Source: an uncultured Pelagibacteraceae bacterium | GTDB taxonomy: Bacteria > Pseudomonadota > Alphaproteobacteria > Pelagibacterales > Pelagibacteraceae | NCBI GenBank assembly: GCA_902616025.1 | Contig: CACMRE010000002.1 | Span: 48 to 64,047, forward strand | Reading direction: 5' to 3' | DNA: 64,000 bases | In this document: in pieces, positions 20,636-30,246 of the stretch | How positions within the stretch are numbered: the stretch's first letter is position 1 | Layout: each line of letters starts with the position of its first letter | Translations under genes and position numbers: made by a program | The notes under the pieces: generated by a model | Seen by the model: only the letters and a program-made list of their open reading frames with translations | What the model was told of the DNA's origin: nothing | Databases searched by the model: none

Positions 20636-21648
20636 ATTTCTTTATTTTTCCACGTATCTGGAGTTAAATCATTATCAATCTCAATAGTTAAACGATAATT
20701 GAAATCTTTGGGTCCTCTTTTTTTTATATAATCGTAAGTTTTTTTGACACCATCACTCAAACTCACTTTTGTCTCATAATTTAATAATTTTCTTGCTTTA
20801 TCAGCGGAACAGGTAGCATGCTTTACCTCTCTTGGCCTGTCTTCTTTAAAAACCGCCTCAAGATTTGAACCAGTTATATTAGAACAAATTTCAACCACTT
20901 TATTTATAGTTACAAATTCTTCATCTGGTCCTATGTTAATTACCTGTTTATTTAAATTTTTTTGATCCAACATGGGAACTAAGCAGCTTAAACAATCGTC
21001 AATATATGAAAAGCATCGTTTTTGCTCACCATCACCATAAACTACTGGAGGTTTTCCTTGAAGCATTCTATTTAAAAATATAGAGACCACATTTCTATAT
21101 GGATCAGTGTAAATTTGTCTAGGACCTATTATATTATGAGGAACAGCAATTACCCACTCTATATTATTTAAATCACAAAGATTCTTTAATACATCTTCAG
21201 CTGCCACTTTCGAAATACCATAGGGGTCGACGGGTTTAGGAGTCATATCTTCTGTAAAGGGTGTTTGTTGATCTCCATATCTTGCCATAGAGGAGCAAAA
21301 AATAATTCTTTTTACTTTTTCATTAACTGCTGCAGAAAAAATTGAGACTGAAGCAAGGTAATTATTTTTTGTAATTTCATAAGGTGAAAATACCGACAAA
21401 CCCTCATGAGCTGTTGCTGCACAATGATAAACTACATCAATATTTTTCATTATTTTTTTTACTTTTGAAAAATCGCTACAATCAAAATTATGAAACTCTA
21501 TATCTTTATGTATATTATCTTCATAACCACCAATCATATTATCCACACCAACAACTTTATGACCAAGATCTAATAATTTTTCTGATAAATGTGAACCTAA
21601 AAAACCCGCTACACCAGTTACTAGAATATTATATTTAGTTGTCATCAA
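20632..21648 (-). CDS. NAD-dependent epimerase/dehydratase
   Basis: TGVAGFLG and YGISK (YxxxK) motifs. Confidence 0.92.
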   Translation of the reverse strand: MMTTKYNILVTGVAGFLGSHLSEKLLDLGHKVVGVDNMIGGYEDNIHKDIEFHNFDCSDFSKVKKIMKNIDVVYHCAATAHEGLSVFSPYEITKNNYLASVSIFSAAVNEKVKRIIFCSSMARYGDQQTPFTEDMTPKPVDPYGISKVAAEDVLKNLCDLNNIEWVIAVPHNIIGPRQIYTDPYRNVVSIFLNRMLQGKPPVVYGDGEQKRCFSYIDDCLSCLVPMLDQKNLNKQVINIGPDEEFVTINKVVEICSNITGSNLEAVFKEDRPREVKHATCSADKARKLLNYETKVSLSDGVKKTYDYIKKRGPKDFNYRLTIEIDNDLTPDTWKNKEI

Positions 21649-21668
21649 AAATCTAAATTATTATACAT

Positions 21669-22511
21669 TTAAAGCTTAGGTCTATACCATGATTTTCTTA
21701 ATAAAACAGAATTAATAATACCTGATAATCTATGTTTATAAATTTCACTTTTATCCTTTTGAAATGTTATCAAAAAAATTATAAATTTTATCAAAGATGA
21801 AGATAATTTCGGTAGAATTTTTATCATTGCAGCTGAGTATCCATAATGTTTTTTGTGAAAATAGAATGTTGACCACATCCAGTGCCAATTTCTAGAAAGC
21901 TCCATGGGTTTCTCAATTTCTGAATTATGTGATGTACCACCTAAATGGCTTACTTTGATTGTGGGATCTATAAATATTTTTGAATTATTTTTTTTTAATC
22001 TTCTACACAAATCTATTTCTTCAAAATAAAGGAAAAAATTATCATCAAAAAAATTAATTTGCTTAAGATTTTTCATATTCAAAAACATTGCAAAACCTTT
22101 GACATTATCTACCTCTTTAATTTCTTTATCCTCATTAATATTAAAATTATTGTATTTTTCATTTTGAGATATGGGAGCGATAATTCCAAAATCCCCCAAA
22201 TTATTGATGCTTAAAAAAAATTTATTCACTGCATCATTATTTAAAGTCACATCAGGGTTTACTATTAAAGCATAACTAGTTTTAACCCTTGATAGACCTA
22301 GATTGTTTCCTGCTCCATACCCTAAATTTTCTTTTGACAAAATACATTCCACATTTTGATATTTAGAGTGAATTTCTTCCTTTAATTTTTCATCATTTGA
22401 ATTTTCAATAACGATAATTTTAATACTTTTTTCAATTGACTCTATACAACTAAAAATTTTATCCCTGCTATAAAATGAAGTGATTATGACAGTTAAATCG
22501 AAAGTTTTCAT
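21669..22511 (-). CDS. Glycosyltransferase family 2
   Basis: NLGYGAGNNLG, NPD and FFLYFEEIDLC motifs. Confidence 0.92.
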   Translation of the reverse strand: MKTFDLTVIITSFYSRDKIFSCIESIEKSIKIIVIENSNDEKLKEEIHSKYQNVECILSKENLGYGAGNNLGLSRVKTSYALIVNPDVTLNNDAVNKFFLSINNLGDFGIIAPISQNEKYNNFNINEDKEIKEVDNVKGFAMFLNMKNLKQINFFDDNFFLYFEEIDLCRRLKKNNSKIFIDPTIKVSHLGGTSHNSEIEKPMELSRNWHWMWSTFYFHKKHYGYSAAMIKILPKLSSSLIKFIIFLITFQKDKSEIYKHRLSGIINSVLLRKSWYRPKL

Positions 22512-22523
22512 ATAAAATTAATA

Positions 22524-22600
22524 TGGTAGCGGGAAGTGGGATCGAACCACTGACCTCGGGCTTATGAGTCCCGCGCTCTAACCAACTGAGCTACCCCGCC
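22524..22600 (-). tRNA. tRNA-Met (CAT), probably elongator
   Basis: GGCGGGGTAGCTCAGTTGGTTAGAGCGCGGGACTCATAAGCCCGAGGTCAGTGGTTCGATCCCACTTCCCGCTACCA: cloverleaf, CAT anticodon, encoded CCA. Confidence 0.95.
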
Positions 22601-22693
22601 TTTTGATGAGATTTATAATAGTTTAATAATTTGATTCAATATTTATTAATTAAGTAAAAGTTATAAATTTAGAGAAAATTAACTAATATTTTC

Positions 22694-22900
22694 TTAGAAA
22701 ATGATTAGACCAAATAAAATCAACCCTGTTGAAGCAGCTGCTGAAAAATACAATTTTTTTCTACTTTCATTTTTTTTATTTACTGCAATTCTATTTAAAA
22801 GAACGTTTATGTTGCTACTTTTTGATTGAGTTGATAGTGGATCTTTTTCAAGGTATCTGGCTATAAGCTTTTCTTTGACGTTAATACCTGAATTTTTCAT
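22694..22900 (-). CDS. Small hypothetical protein with single C-terminal TM helix
   Basis: 68 aa; NINVLLNRI motif, basic stretch, then hydrophobic tail; resembles the neighbouring ORF. Confidence 0.7.
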   Translation of the reverse strand: MKNSGINVKEKLIARYLEKDPLSTQSKSSNINVLLNRIAVNKKNESRKKLYFSAAASTGLILFGLIIF

Positions 22901-22940
22901 GTCATTATTTAATCACGTAAAATCAATTTTTGCAAATTTG

Positions 22941-23162
22941 TTAGAAAGAAAGATAAATTCCAAAGGTTCCCACACCAATTATCAGCAAAGATAAAATGAA
23001 AATATTTTTTTTGAGCTCCTTCGTTTCTGTTTCCTCTAGCTTTGACTTTAGAATGTTTATATCAACTCTTTTCTTTAATGTTTTTAAAGGCTTTTCAGCA
23101 ACACCAACATCATTTGGGGTCTCGATGTTAGTATGTGTCTCTGCAAAGCCTTTATTATTCAT
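22941..23162 (-). CDS. Small hypothetical protein with single C-terminal TM helix
   Basis: 73 aa; VDINILKSKL motif, charged stretch, then hydrophobic tail. Confidence 0.72.
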   Translation of the reverse strand: MNNKGFAETHTNIETPNDVGVAEKPLKTLKKRVDINILKSKLEETETKELKKNIFILSLLIIGVGTFGIYLSF

Positions 23163-23207
23163 GTATGGATTAGTACATTAAAATATCTGTCGAACAATTT
23201 TTCTGAA

Positions 23208-23259
23208 GTTCAATTTGGGTCACTATTAGATTGACATGTGTTCAATTTGGGTCAATATT
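23208..23259 (+). promoter_or_regulatory. Putative sigma70 promoter bracketed by two perfect 15-bp direct repeats (operator)
   Basis: GTTCAATTTGGGTCA at 23208-23222 and 23240-23254; TTGACA at 23231-23236; AATATT 17 bp later (23254-23259). Confidence 0.65.
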
Positions 23260-23275
23260 CCCGAATTCAAATTTT

Positions 23276-24256
23276 ATGAGTATAGAACAAATCGATTTCA
23301 GTAAAACCTTAACCGACGATCAGGTTTATGAAAGTATAATGAATAACTACTCTGACTTAGCAAATGAGTGGATATCACATCAGTGGAATTGGATGAACAA
23401 TGTCTACTGGACGTTTAATGATCATTACAAATACATGATTATAATTTCATTGATAGAAAAAACACTCCAATTTTATGATCAAATGAATATTCAACAATCT
23501 TATGAAGAATATTATTCTAAATCATATGTTCAAATAGATAAGTTTAGTATTACTGAATTATGTGAGAAATTAGATCTACCAAAAGAAACGATAAGAAGAA
23601 AAGTTTTAGAACTTGAGAAAGCAGGTGTTATTAAAAGAGATAAAAAAAAGATTATAATTGACAATAAAGCATTTTCTTTTGTTAAACCTCAAAATCAAAT
23701 TAAACTTTCATCAAAATATATCTTATTAGTAGCTGAAGCTTTATATAAAGATAAGCACTTTTCAAAAAAAGTTGATGTCAAGTTAATTGAAAGTTTAATC
23801 AAAAAAAAATTTACATTATGTTGGCGGTGGTTTTATCGAATGCAAATACCATTAATAATTGGATATCACAAATTCATGCAAGATCTAAGTACCTTTCATG
23901 TTTGGGGAACTATTTGTATGAACCAATCATTGAATGTAACAAAAAATTTAAAAAATTCACATATAAAAAAATTACCATTAGATTTTGGTGCTGCAAGTAA
24001 ATTACTAATTGATAATGTTGGTTCGACCTCAGGTATAAGCGCAATGTCTATTTCAGACATGACATTAATACCAAGAGCAACAGTAATAAGAAAATGCAAA
24101 TACTTAATAAAAAATGATTTGATAAAACTTAATGAGAAAAAACAATATACTTTATCCTCATTCAATTTTAAGAAAATTTTACCTTACCAAACTGAAGCTT
24201 TTAAGTTTAAAGCTAAATTTATACGTAAAGTTCTAAATCTTCTTGTAATTTCATAA
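23276..24256 (+). CDS. Transcriptional regulator with two winged-helix domains
   Basis: Two HTH motifs: SITELCEKLDLPKETIRRKVLELEKAG and SAMSISDMTLIPRATVIRKCKYL. ATG at 23276 is preferred over the track's TTG at 23231, which coincides with the -35 box. Confidence 0.8.
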   Translation: MSIEQIDFSKTLTDDQVYESIMNNYSDLANEWISHQWNWMNNVYWTFNDHYKYMIIISLIEKTLQFYDQMNIQQSYEEYYSKSYVQIDKFSITELCEKLDLPKETIRRKVLELEKAGVIKRDKKKIIIDNKAFSFVKPQNQIKLSSKYILLVAEALYKDKHFSKKVDVKLIESLIKKKFTLCWRWFYRMQIPLIIGYHKFMQDLSTFHVWGTICMNQSLNVTKNLKNSHIKKLPLDFGAASKLLIDNVGSTSGISAMSISDMTLIPRATVIRKCKYLIKNDLIKLNEKKQYTLSSFNFKKILPYQTEAFKFKAKFIRKVLNLLVIS

Positions 24257-24300
24257 ATCTTAAATAAATTATAGACGTTATACTATTACACAGAGGGGTC

Positions 24301-25152
24301 ATGGAGATAGTAACAAAAATAGCACCTATCATACTCGCATTAATAATGTTGGGTTTAGGTTTGGGATTAAAGATTGACGATTTTACGAGAATATTAAAAA
24401 CTCCAAAAGATTTTTTTGTCGGTTTTTTTTCTCAATTAATTATTCTTCCATTAGTTGCTTACTTATTAATTATTATTTTAAAAGTACCACCTGAAATAGC
24501 AATTGGAGTTATGATTATCGCTGCTGCACCAGGTGGAGTTACATCTAATATATTAACAAAATTTGCTAATGGAGATGTTGCTTTATCTATTTCTTTAACA
24601 GCTGTAATCAGTTTAATTTCTATTATTACTGTTCCTCTTATAATTTTTACATCTGCTGATTTATTTGGAATTACTAATATTTCTCAAAATATTTCAATGA
24701 CTGGTATAGCGCTAAAAATGTTTTTGGTTGTAACTGTTCCGGTAATCTTAGGAATGATTATAAGAAAATTTGCTGAAAATTTTGTAAATTCGAAAATTCA
24801 GATATTTGAAAAACTCAACATAATATTATTTGTTATTTTTTTTATAGCTGCATTTTATGAAGAAAGAGAAAGTTTTATAGATTTTCTAATGCAAGCAGGT
24901 TTAATTACTTTTATTCTAAATATAACAATGATGATTGTGGCTTATTACCTTGGTAAAACTTTTGCCTCAGGAATAAAACAACAAAAATGTATTGCTTTAG
25001 AATGTGGATTACAAAATGGTACTTTAGCAATATTTGTTTCGACACAAATATTCGGTACAGATATAGTCTACATAACTCCAACAGCTGCATATGCTTTGAT
25101 TATGTACATCACTGGTTTTATATTTGTTTTTCTTTTAAAAAATAAAGTTTAA
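24301..25152 (+). CDS. Bile acid:sodium symporter family transporter
   Basis: MLGLGL, PGGVTSN, GDVALS and ECGLQN motifs. Confidence 0.92.
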   Translation: MEIVTKIAPIILALIMLGLGLGLKIDDFTRILKTPKDFFVGFFSQLIILPLVAYLLIIILKVPPEIAIGVMIIAAAPGGVTSNILTKFANGDVALSISLTAVISLISIITVPLIIFTSADLFGITNISQNISMTGIALKMFLVVTVPVILGMIIRKFAENFVNSKIQIFEKLNIILFVIFFIAAFYEERESFIDFLMQAGLITFILNITMMIVAYYLGKTFASGIKQQKCIALECGLQNGTLAIFVSTQIFGTDIVYITPTAAYALIMYITGFIFVFLLKNKV

Positions 25153-27593
25153 TTTGTCTTAAAATTGGTCTGTTTTATTGGTTTATTAATCAATTCAATT
25201 TCGTATTTTCTTTTCTCAACCTCGATAAATAATTTACTACCTTTTAATTTTTCATCAGAAAAATCGTTATTGATATAACCAAAAGTCAGGTTTTTCTTAA
25301 AGTTAAAAGAATAATTTCCTGAAGTTGATCTGCCTATTATTTTATCTTCTAAATAAATAGGCTCATCATGAAGTAATAGAGGTTCTCCAGGTTTACTATC
25401 TTTTAATGTAAACATAGCAAATCTTGTTTTGATCTTCTTATTATTAATTTTTTCAAGAGCTGACTTACCAATAAAATCTACATTTTTTTTATTACTGATT
25501 GTAAAAGACAAACCTGCTTGATATTGATTTTCCTCAGGGGAAATATCATGACCCCAATGAAGAAAGCCACTTTCCATTCGCATAATATCCATTGCATGCA
25601 TACCACAATTTGAAAGATTATGATCTTTTCCTTTTTCTATAATTAATTCATAAATTTTTTTGGCATCATTAGCTTTAACGTAAAGCTCATAACCTAATTC
25701 TCCAACATAAGACAATCTTTGAGCCCAAATTTTAGTATCATCTATTGAAATAAATTTTGCTGTTCCGAATTTGAAATTTTCATTATCAAAATTACCATTA
25801 CTCAATGAACTTAAAAGACTTCTACTCTTGGGTCCAAATAGACCAAAAACACAATAATCATCAGTTACATCTATTAATTCAATATCTTTATTTAAATGTT
25901 TCTTAATGTGATGCTTGTCTCTTTCTCTTGTTGCGGCAGAACTAATTATTCTAAAATGGTTTTCACCAATAGCCACTATAGTTAAATCAATCTCAATACC
26001 TCCATCTGAATTTAACATATGAGTATAGGTACATTTACCAACATCTTTCTTAATATTCGCAGTACAAATTCTTTGTAATTCTTGATGAGCTTTATCAGAT
26101 TTAATTTCAAACTTTGAAAAGGGAGTTAGATCAAATAAACCAACATTTTTTAAGGTATTATTTGTTTCATACTCAGCTGAGGGATACCAGCTTTGATAGT
26201 TATAGCTATATTCATACTCTGCCTTTTCACCATCTAGTGCAAACCACATTGGTCTTTCATATCCACCAGAGACACCAAAGCATGCTCCAAAACTTTTCAA
26301 ATTATCATGATGTGGAAGTTTTTTTATATCTCGAGAAGTTTTGTGTTGTTTAAAGGGCCAATGCATTCCATACAAATCTCCTAGTGATTCTGTAATTCTT
26401 TTTTTGATAAAACCTAATTCTGAATGAAACTTTTGAAATCTTTTTATATCATAACTAAAAATATCTTCATTAATATGACCGGTCATCAACCACTCCGCTG
26501 TAACTTTACCAACACCACCGCCACTGCCAATTCCGATACTATTTAACCCACAACATACAAAAAAATTCTTAATCTCAGGTACTTCGCCTAATAAAGTGTT
26601 GGTATCAGGGGTAAAAGATTCTGGCCCTGAAAAAAATTTTCTTATTCCAGCAGTTTCTAAAATTGGAAATCTTTTAATTGCTGAGGCTAAATAAGGTTCA
26701 AAATGTTCAAAATTTTCTTGAAACTCACCAAAAGAAAAATCTTCTGGAACTTTATTAGTTTTATTCCAAGCAGGAATTGAATTTCCCTCAAAAATTCCAA
26801 CGAGTATTTTTCCTGCATCTTCTTTTATATATGTTCGATTATCAAAATCTCTTACCACTGGTAAAGTTTTAGATAAATTTTCAATTGGTTCAGTAATGAT
26901 ATAAAAATGTTCTGCAGGATATAACGGAATACTGACACCGGCTTTTTCTCCTATTTGCCTAGACCACATACCTGAGGCTAAAACGATATAGTCACATTCA
27001 ATTTTTTGACCTTTAACTTTAACTCCAGAAATTTTTCCATCTTTCGCTAAAATTTCCTCGACTGGTGACTTTTCAAAAATTTGTGCACCCTCCATTCTTG
27101 CTGCTTTAGCCAACATATGAGTAACACCTGAAGGATCTGCAGCACCATCACCTGGCATTAAAATTCCTCCTATGACTTCATCTGTATTGATTATGGGGTA
27201 GTCTTTTTTAATTTGATCTTTATTTAAAATTCTTACATCAACATCATAAAGTTGTGCGGTCGTTGCTTGTCTTTGAAGTTCTTGCCATCTGCCTTTATGT
27301 TGAGCGATTGAAAGTGCTCCGTTTAATCTTAAACCTGCAGAATGATCAACTTTTTTTTCAAGCTCTTTATACAAATCTAAAGTATATTTTCTAATTTTTG
27401 TAACTGCTGCTGTTGGACCCAATTGACTTACTAAGCCTGCTGCATGCCAAGTTGTGCCTGACGTTAATTGATCTCTTTCTAAAAGGATTGTGTCTTTCCA
27501 ACCAAATTTAGCTAAATGATAAGCAACAGAGCAACCCACTACCCCACCTCCTATCACAACAACTTTTGTGCTACTTGGAAGTTTTTTTTCCAT
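25149..27593 (-). CDS. GcvT-family FAD oxidoreductase (dimethylglycine/sarcosine dehydrogenase-like)
   Basis: IGGGVVG, SGTTWHAAG, GPESFTPD and YVGELGYEL motifs. Confidence 0.92.
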   Translation of the reverse strand: MEKKLPSSTKVVVIGGGVVGCSVAYHLAKFGWKDTILLERDQLTSGTTWHAAGLVSQLGPTAAVTKIRKYTLDLYKELEKKVDHSAGLRLNGALSIAQHKGRWQELQRQATTAQLYDVDVRILNKDQIKKDYPIINTDEVIGGILMPGDGAADPSGVTHMLAKAARMEGAQIFEKSPVEEILAKDGKISGVKVKGQKIECDYIVLASGMWSRQIGEKAGVSIPLYPAEHFYIITEPIENLSKTLPVVRDFDNRTYIKEDAGKILVGIFEGNSIPAWNKTNKVPEDFSFGEFQENFEHFEPYLASAIKRFPILETAGIRKFFSGPESFTPDTNTLLGEVPEIKNFFVCCGLNSIGIGSGGGVGKVTAEWLMTGHINEDIFSYDIKRFQKFHSELGFIKKRITESLGDLYGMHWPFKQHKTSRDIKKLPHHDNLKSFGACFGVSGGYERPMWFALDGEKAEYEYSYNYQSWYPSAEYETNNTLKNVGLFDLTPFSKFEIKSDKAHQELQRICTANIKKDVGKCTYTHMLNSDGGIEIDLTIVAIGENHFRIISSAATRERDKHHIKKHLNKDIELIDVTDDYCVFGLFGPKSRSLLSSLSNGNFDNENFKFGTAKFISIDDTKIWAQRLSYVGELGYELYVKANDAKKIYELIIEKGKDHNLSNCGMHAMDIMRMESGFLHWGHDISPEENQYQAGLSFTISNKKNVDFIGKSALEKINNKKIKTRFAMFTLKDSKPGEPLLLHDEPIYLEDKIIGRSTSGNYSFNFKKNLTFGYINNDFSDEKLKGSKLFIEVEKRKYEIELINKPIKQTNFKTN

Positions 27594-27597
27594 CTAA

Positions 27598-28716
27598 TTA
27601 GTTATTGATTGCATCCCCTGGATTAACATATTCATGTCCAAAAACATCTGCAACCGCTTTATAAGTCACATGACCTTTGTGAACGTTTAGTCCTGCTAAA
27701 AAGTTTTTATCTTCACCAAGAGCTTTTTGATAACCTTTGTTAGCTAATTTAACCAAATAAGGAAGTGTTGCTTTATTTAATGCAATAGTGGAAGTTCTTG
27801 GAACTCCACCTGGCATGTTCGCTACACAATAATGAACAACATTATCCACTATAAAAGTTGGATCATTAAAAGTTGTTGGTTTACTTGTTTCCACACACCC
27901 ACCTTGATCGATTGCAACATCAACAATTACAGAGCCTCTTTTCATTAATTTAAGCATATCTTTAGTAACTAATTTTGGTGCCTCTGCGCCGGGGATTAAA
28001 ACTCCTCCCACTATTAAGTCCGCCTCGGCTACTAACTTTTTTAAATCTATTTTGTCGCTTTGTTCTGGAATTATTTTATCTCCAAACATTTCAACTAATT
28101 GTTTTAATCTTGCTTCTGATTTATCAACAACGTGTACTTTCGCCTTCATACCAGTTGCTATTGTTGCAGCATTTTCACCCACAACACCTCCACCTAAAAT
28201 TAAAACATTTGCAGGCTCACCGCCTGGAGCTCCACCCAATAATACTCCTCTACCCTTTTGGTTTTTTTCTAAACAATGTGCTCCTGCTTGAACCGACATA
28301 CGTCCAGCTACAGCACTCATAGGTGCTAACAAAGGAAGTCGTCCATTGTCATCTGTAATAGTTTCGTAGGCAATATTAATACTTTTAGATTTTACTAAAC
28401 CCTCAGTTAATTCTTTTGCAGCAGCCAAATGTAAATAGGTATAAACAATTTGATTTTCCCTAATCATTTCAACCTCAACTTTTTGAGGCTCTTTAACTTT
28501 AACAATTATCTCAGCATCATTAAAAATATCAGCAGCTTTTTCTATAATTTTTGCCCCAGCATTTTTGTACTGATCGTTATCGAAACCTGCTTCAAAACCT
28601 CCATTATTTTCAACTAAAACTTCATGACCCTCTGAAACGAGAGTTTTCACACTATCTGGTGTCAGGCCAATTCTATTTTCTTGAGGTTTTATTTCTTTAG
28701 GTACGCCAATTCTCAT
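27598..28716 (-). CDS. ald: Alanine dehydrogenase
   Basis: IGVPKEIK, TYLHLA, DVAIDQGG and VANMPG motifs. Confidence 0.96.
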   Translation of the reverse strand: MRIGVPKEIKPQENRIGLTPDSVKTLVSEGHEVLVENNGGFEAGFDNDQYKNAGAKIIEKAADIFNDAEIIVKVKEPQKVEVEMIRENQIVYTYLHLAAAKELTEGLVKSKSINIAYETITDDNGRLPLLAPMSAVAGRMSVQAGAHCLEKNQKGRGVLLGGAPGGEPANVLILGGGVVGENAATIATGMKAKVHVVDKSEARLKQLVEMFGDKIIPEQSDKIDLKKLVAEADLIVGGVLIPGAEAPKLVTKDMLKLMKRGSVIVDVAIDQGGCVETSKPTTFNDPTFIVDNVVHYCVANMPGGVPRTSTIALNKATLPYLVKLANKGYQKALGEDKNFLAGLNVHKGHVTYKAVADVFGHEYVNPGDAINN

Positions 28717-28725
28717 TAACGAAAT

Positions 28726-30072
28726 TTAATTCTTTTTACTCTTTGCGTAATTAGTAATTCCAGTTCTTAGTTTTTCTATGATTTCATCAATGTGTTTTTT
28801 TTCACAAATAAACATTGGTGCAATAATTAAACAATCACCAGTCGCTTTGAAATTTACTCCTGCATCGTAACAATGTTTGAAAGTAGCTAAACCTGCTTTA
28901 CCAGGTCTGCCATCAGTTTTAATATCTATTCCACCCATCATTCCATAACCTCTTATGTTATCTACTACATCAATATCTTTAAGAGAAAATAGACCTTCTT
29001 GGAAATAAGGAGCAAGCTCTTTTGCTCTATTAAAAATATCTTCTTTTTCAAAAATATCTTGAACGGCTAGTGCTGCAGCTACTGATACTGGAATTCCTGA
29101 GTATGTATAGCCATGAAATAATTCTATCGCACCTTTTGGAGAATTATCCATCACTGCATCATAAATTTCTTCTTTACATGCAACCACACCAAAAGGAACT
29201 ATTCCATTGGTTGTTGCTTTTGCCATTGTCATTATGTCAGGTGTTACACCAAATTCTTGAGCTCCAAAAGCTGAACCAGTTCTTCCCCAACCCGTAATAA
29301 CTTCATCAAAAATTAGTAGTATTTTATGTTTGTCACAAAGTTCTCTTAGTCTTTGTAAATATCCAACTGGTGGCACTAATGTTCCTGTTGAACCTGCAAT
29401 AGGTTCTACAATACAAGCTGCAATATTTTCAGAACCAAAATTAGTACAAATTCTCTCTAAATCATTTGCAATCTCAGCTCCTGTTTCAGGTTGACCTGAA
29501 ATAAATTTATGTTCATCTAAATGTGTATGTCTCATATGAACAACACCTGGCATCAATACACTTGCATACGCTTTAACGTTATTGATCATTCCGCCTACTG
29601 ATGTAGCTCCAATGTTCATTCCATGATAAGCACGCTCTCTTCCAACAAATCTAAATCTTTGTCCTTCACCTCTTGCTTTGTGGTAAGCGATACTAATCTT
29701 AATTGCAGTTTCTACTGCTGTCGATCCACATATCGTATAAAAAATTTTATTTAAATTTCCGGGTGTGTGTTTTGAAATTCTCGTTGCTAATTCAAATGAA
29801 CCACCAAAACCTTGTTGAAATGGCTGACAATAATCCAGAGTATTTAATTGATTTGTAATTGCCTCGATGATTTCTTTTCTTCCATGTCCTAAAGGATTAC
29901 AAAATAATCCTGAGCTTGCATCAATTTGTGTTTTGCCATGATGATTTTTTAAATAAACACCTTTTGCCTCAACAATTAATTTTGGATTTTCTTTAAAATC
30001 CTTATTAGATGTAAATGGCATCCAATGTTCATTAAGTGAATTAGGTACTGATGTTCTTTTTTCTGAGCTCAT
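28726..30072 (-). CDS. Class III omega-amino acid:pyruvate aminotransferase (probably taurine/beta-alanine)
   Basis: WMPFT, YHG, FDEVITG.GRTG, AK and HGYTYSG motifs; flanked by ald and tauABC. Confidence 0.88.
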   Translation of the reverse strand: MSSEKRTSVPNSLNEHWMPFTSNKDFKENPKLIVEAKGVYLKNHHGKTQIDASSGLFCNPLGHGRKEIIEAITNQLNTLDYCQPFQQGFGGSFELATRISKHTPGNLNKIFYTICGSTAVETAIKISIAYHKARGEGQRFRFVGRERAYHGMNIGATSVGGMINNVKAYASVLMPGVVHMRHTHLDEHKFISGQPETGAEIANDLERICTNFGSENIAACIVEPIAGSTGTLVPPVGYLQRLRELCDKHKILLIFDEVITGWGRTGSAFGAQEFGVTPDIMTMAKATTNGIVPFGVVACKEEIYDAVMDNSPKGAIELFHGYTYSGIPVSVAAALAVQDIFEKEDIFNRAKELAPYFQEGLFSLKDIDVVDNIRGYGMMGGIDIKTDGRPGKAGLATFKHCYDAGVNFKATGDCLIIAPMFICEKKHIDEIIEKLRTGITNYAKSKKN

Positions 30073-30142
30073 AATTAAATTTTAAAATACTTATAAATGA
30101 ATCCTTAGACTAATTGTCTTAAATTAACCACCAAAATAATGT

Positions 30143-30169
30143 CACAACTTAAAGTTGTGTAACTATAAT
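30143..30169. promoter_or_regulatory. Palindromic operator plus -10 box in the divergent aminotransferase/tauA region
   Basis: Perfect CACAACTT-A-AAGTTGTG at 30143-30159; TATAAT at 30164-30169. Confidence 0.55.
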
Positions 30170-30246
30170 GATCATTTTTTTGTTTTACATATAGGTGAAA
30201 TTAATCTTAAAATTGGAACATATAAATAAACAAGGAAGAGGCATAA

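Noticed and set aside
22524-22700. tRNA-Met as an integration site for an island
   Set aside because: No integrase and no duplicated tRNA 3' end (att) noticed in the window.
23231-23275. Track's longer starts here and at 37967, 39975, 44268, 57995 and 58626
   Set aside because: They overlap promoters or upstream genes; downstream ATGs give typical N-termini.
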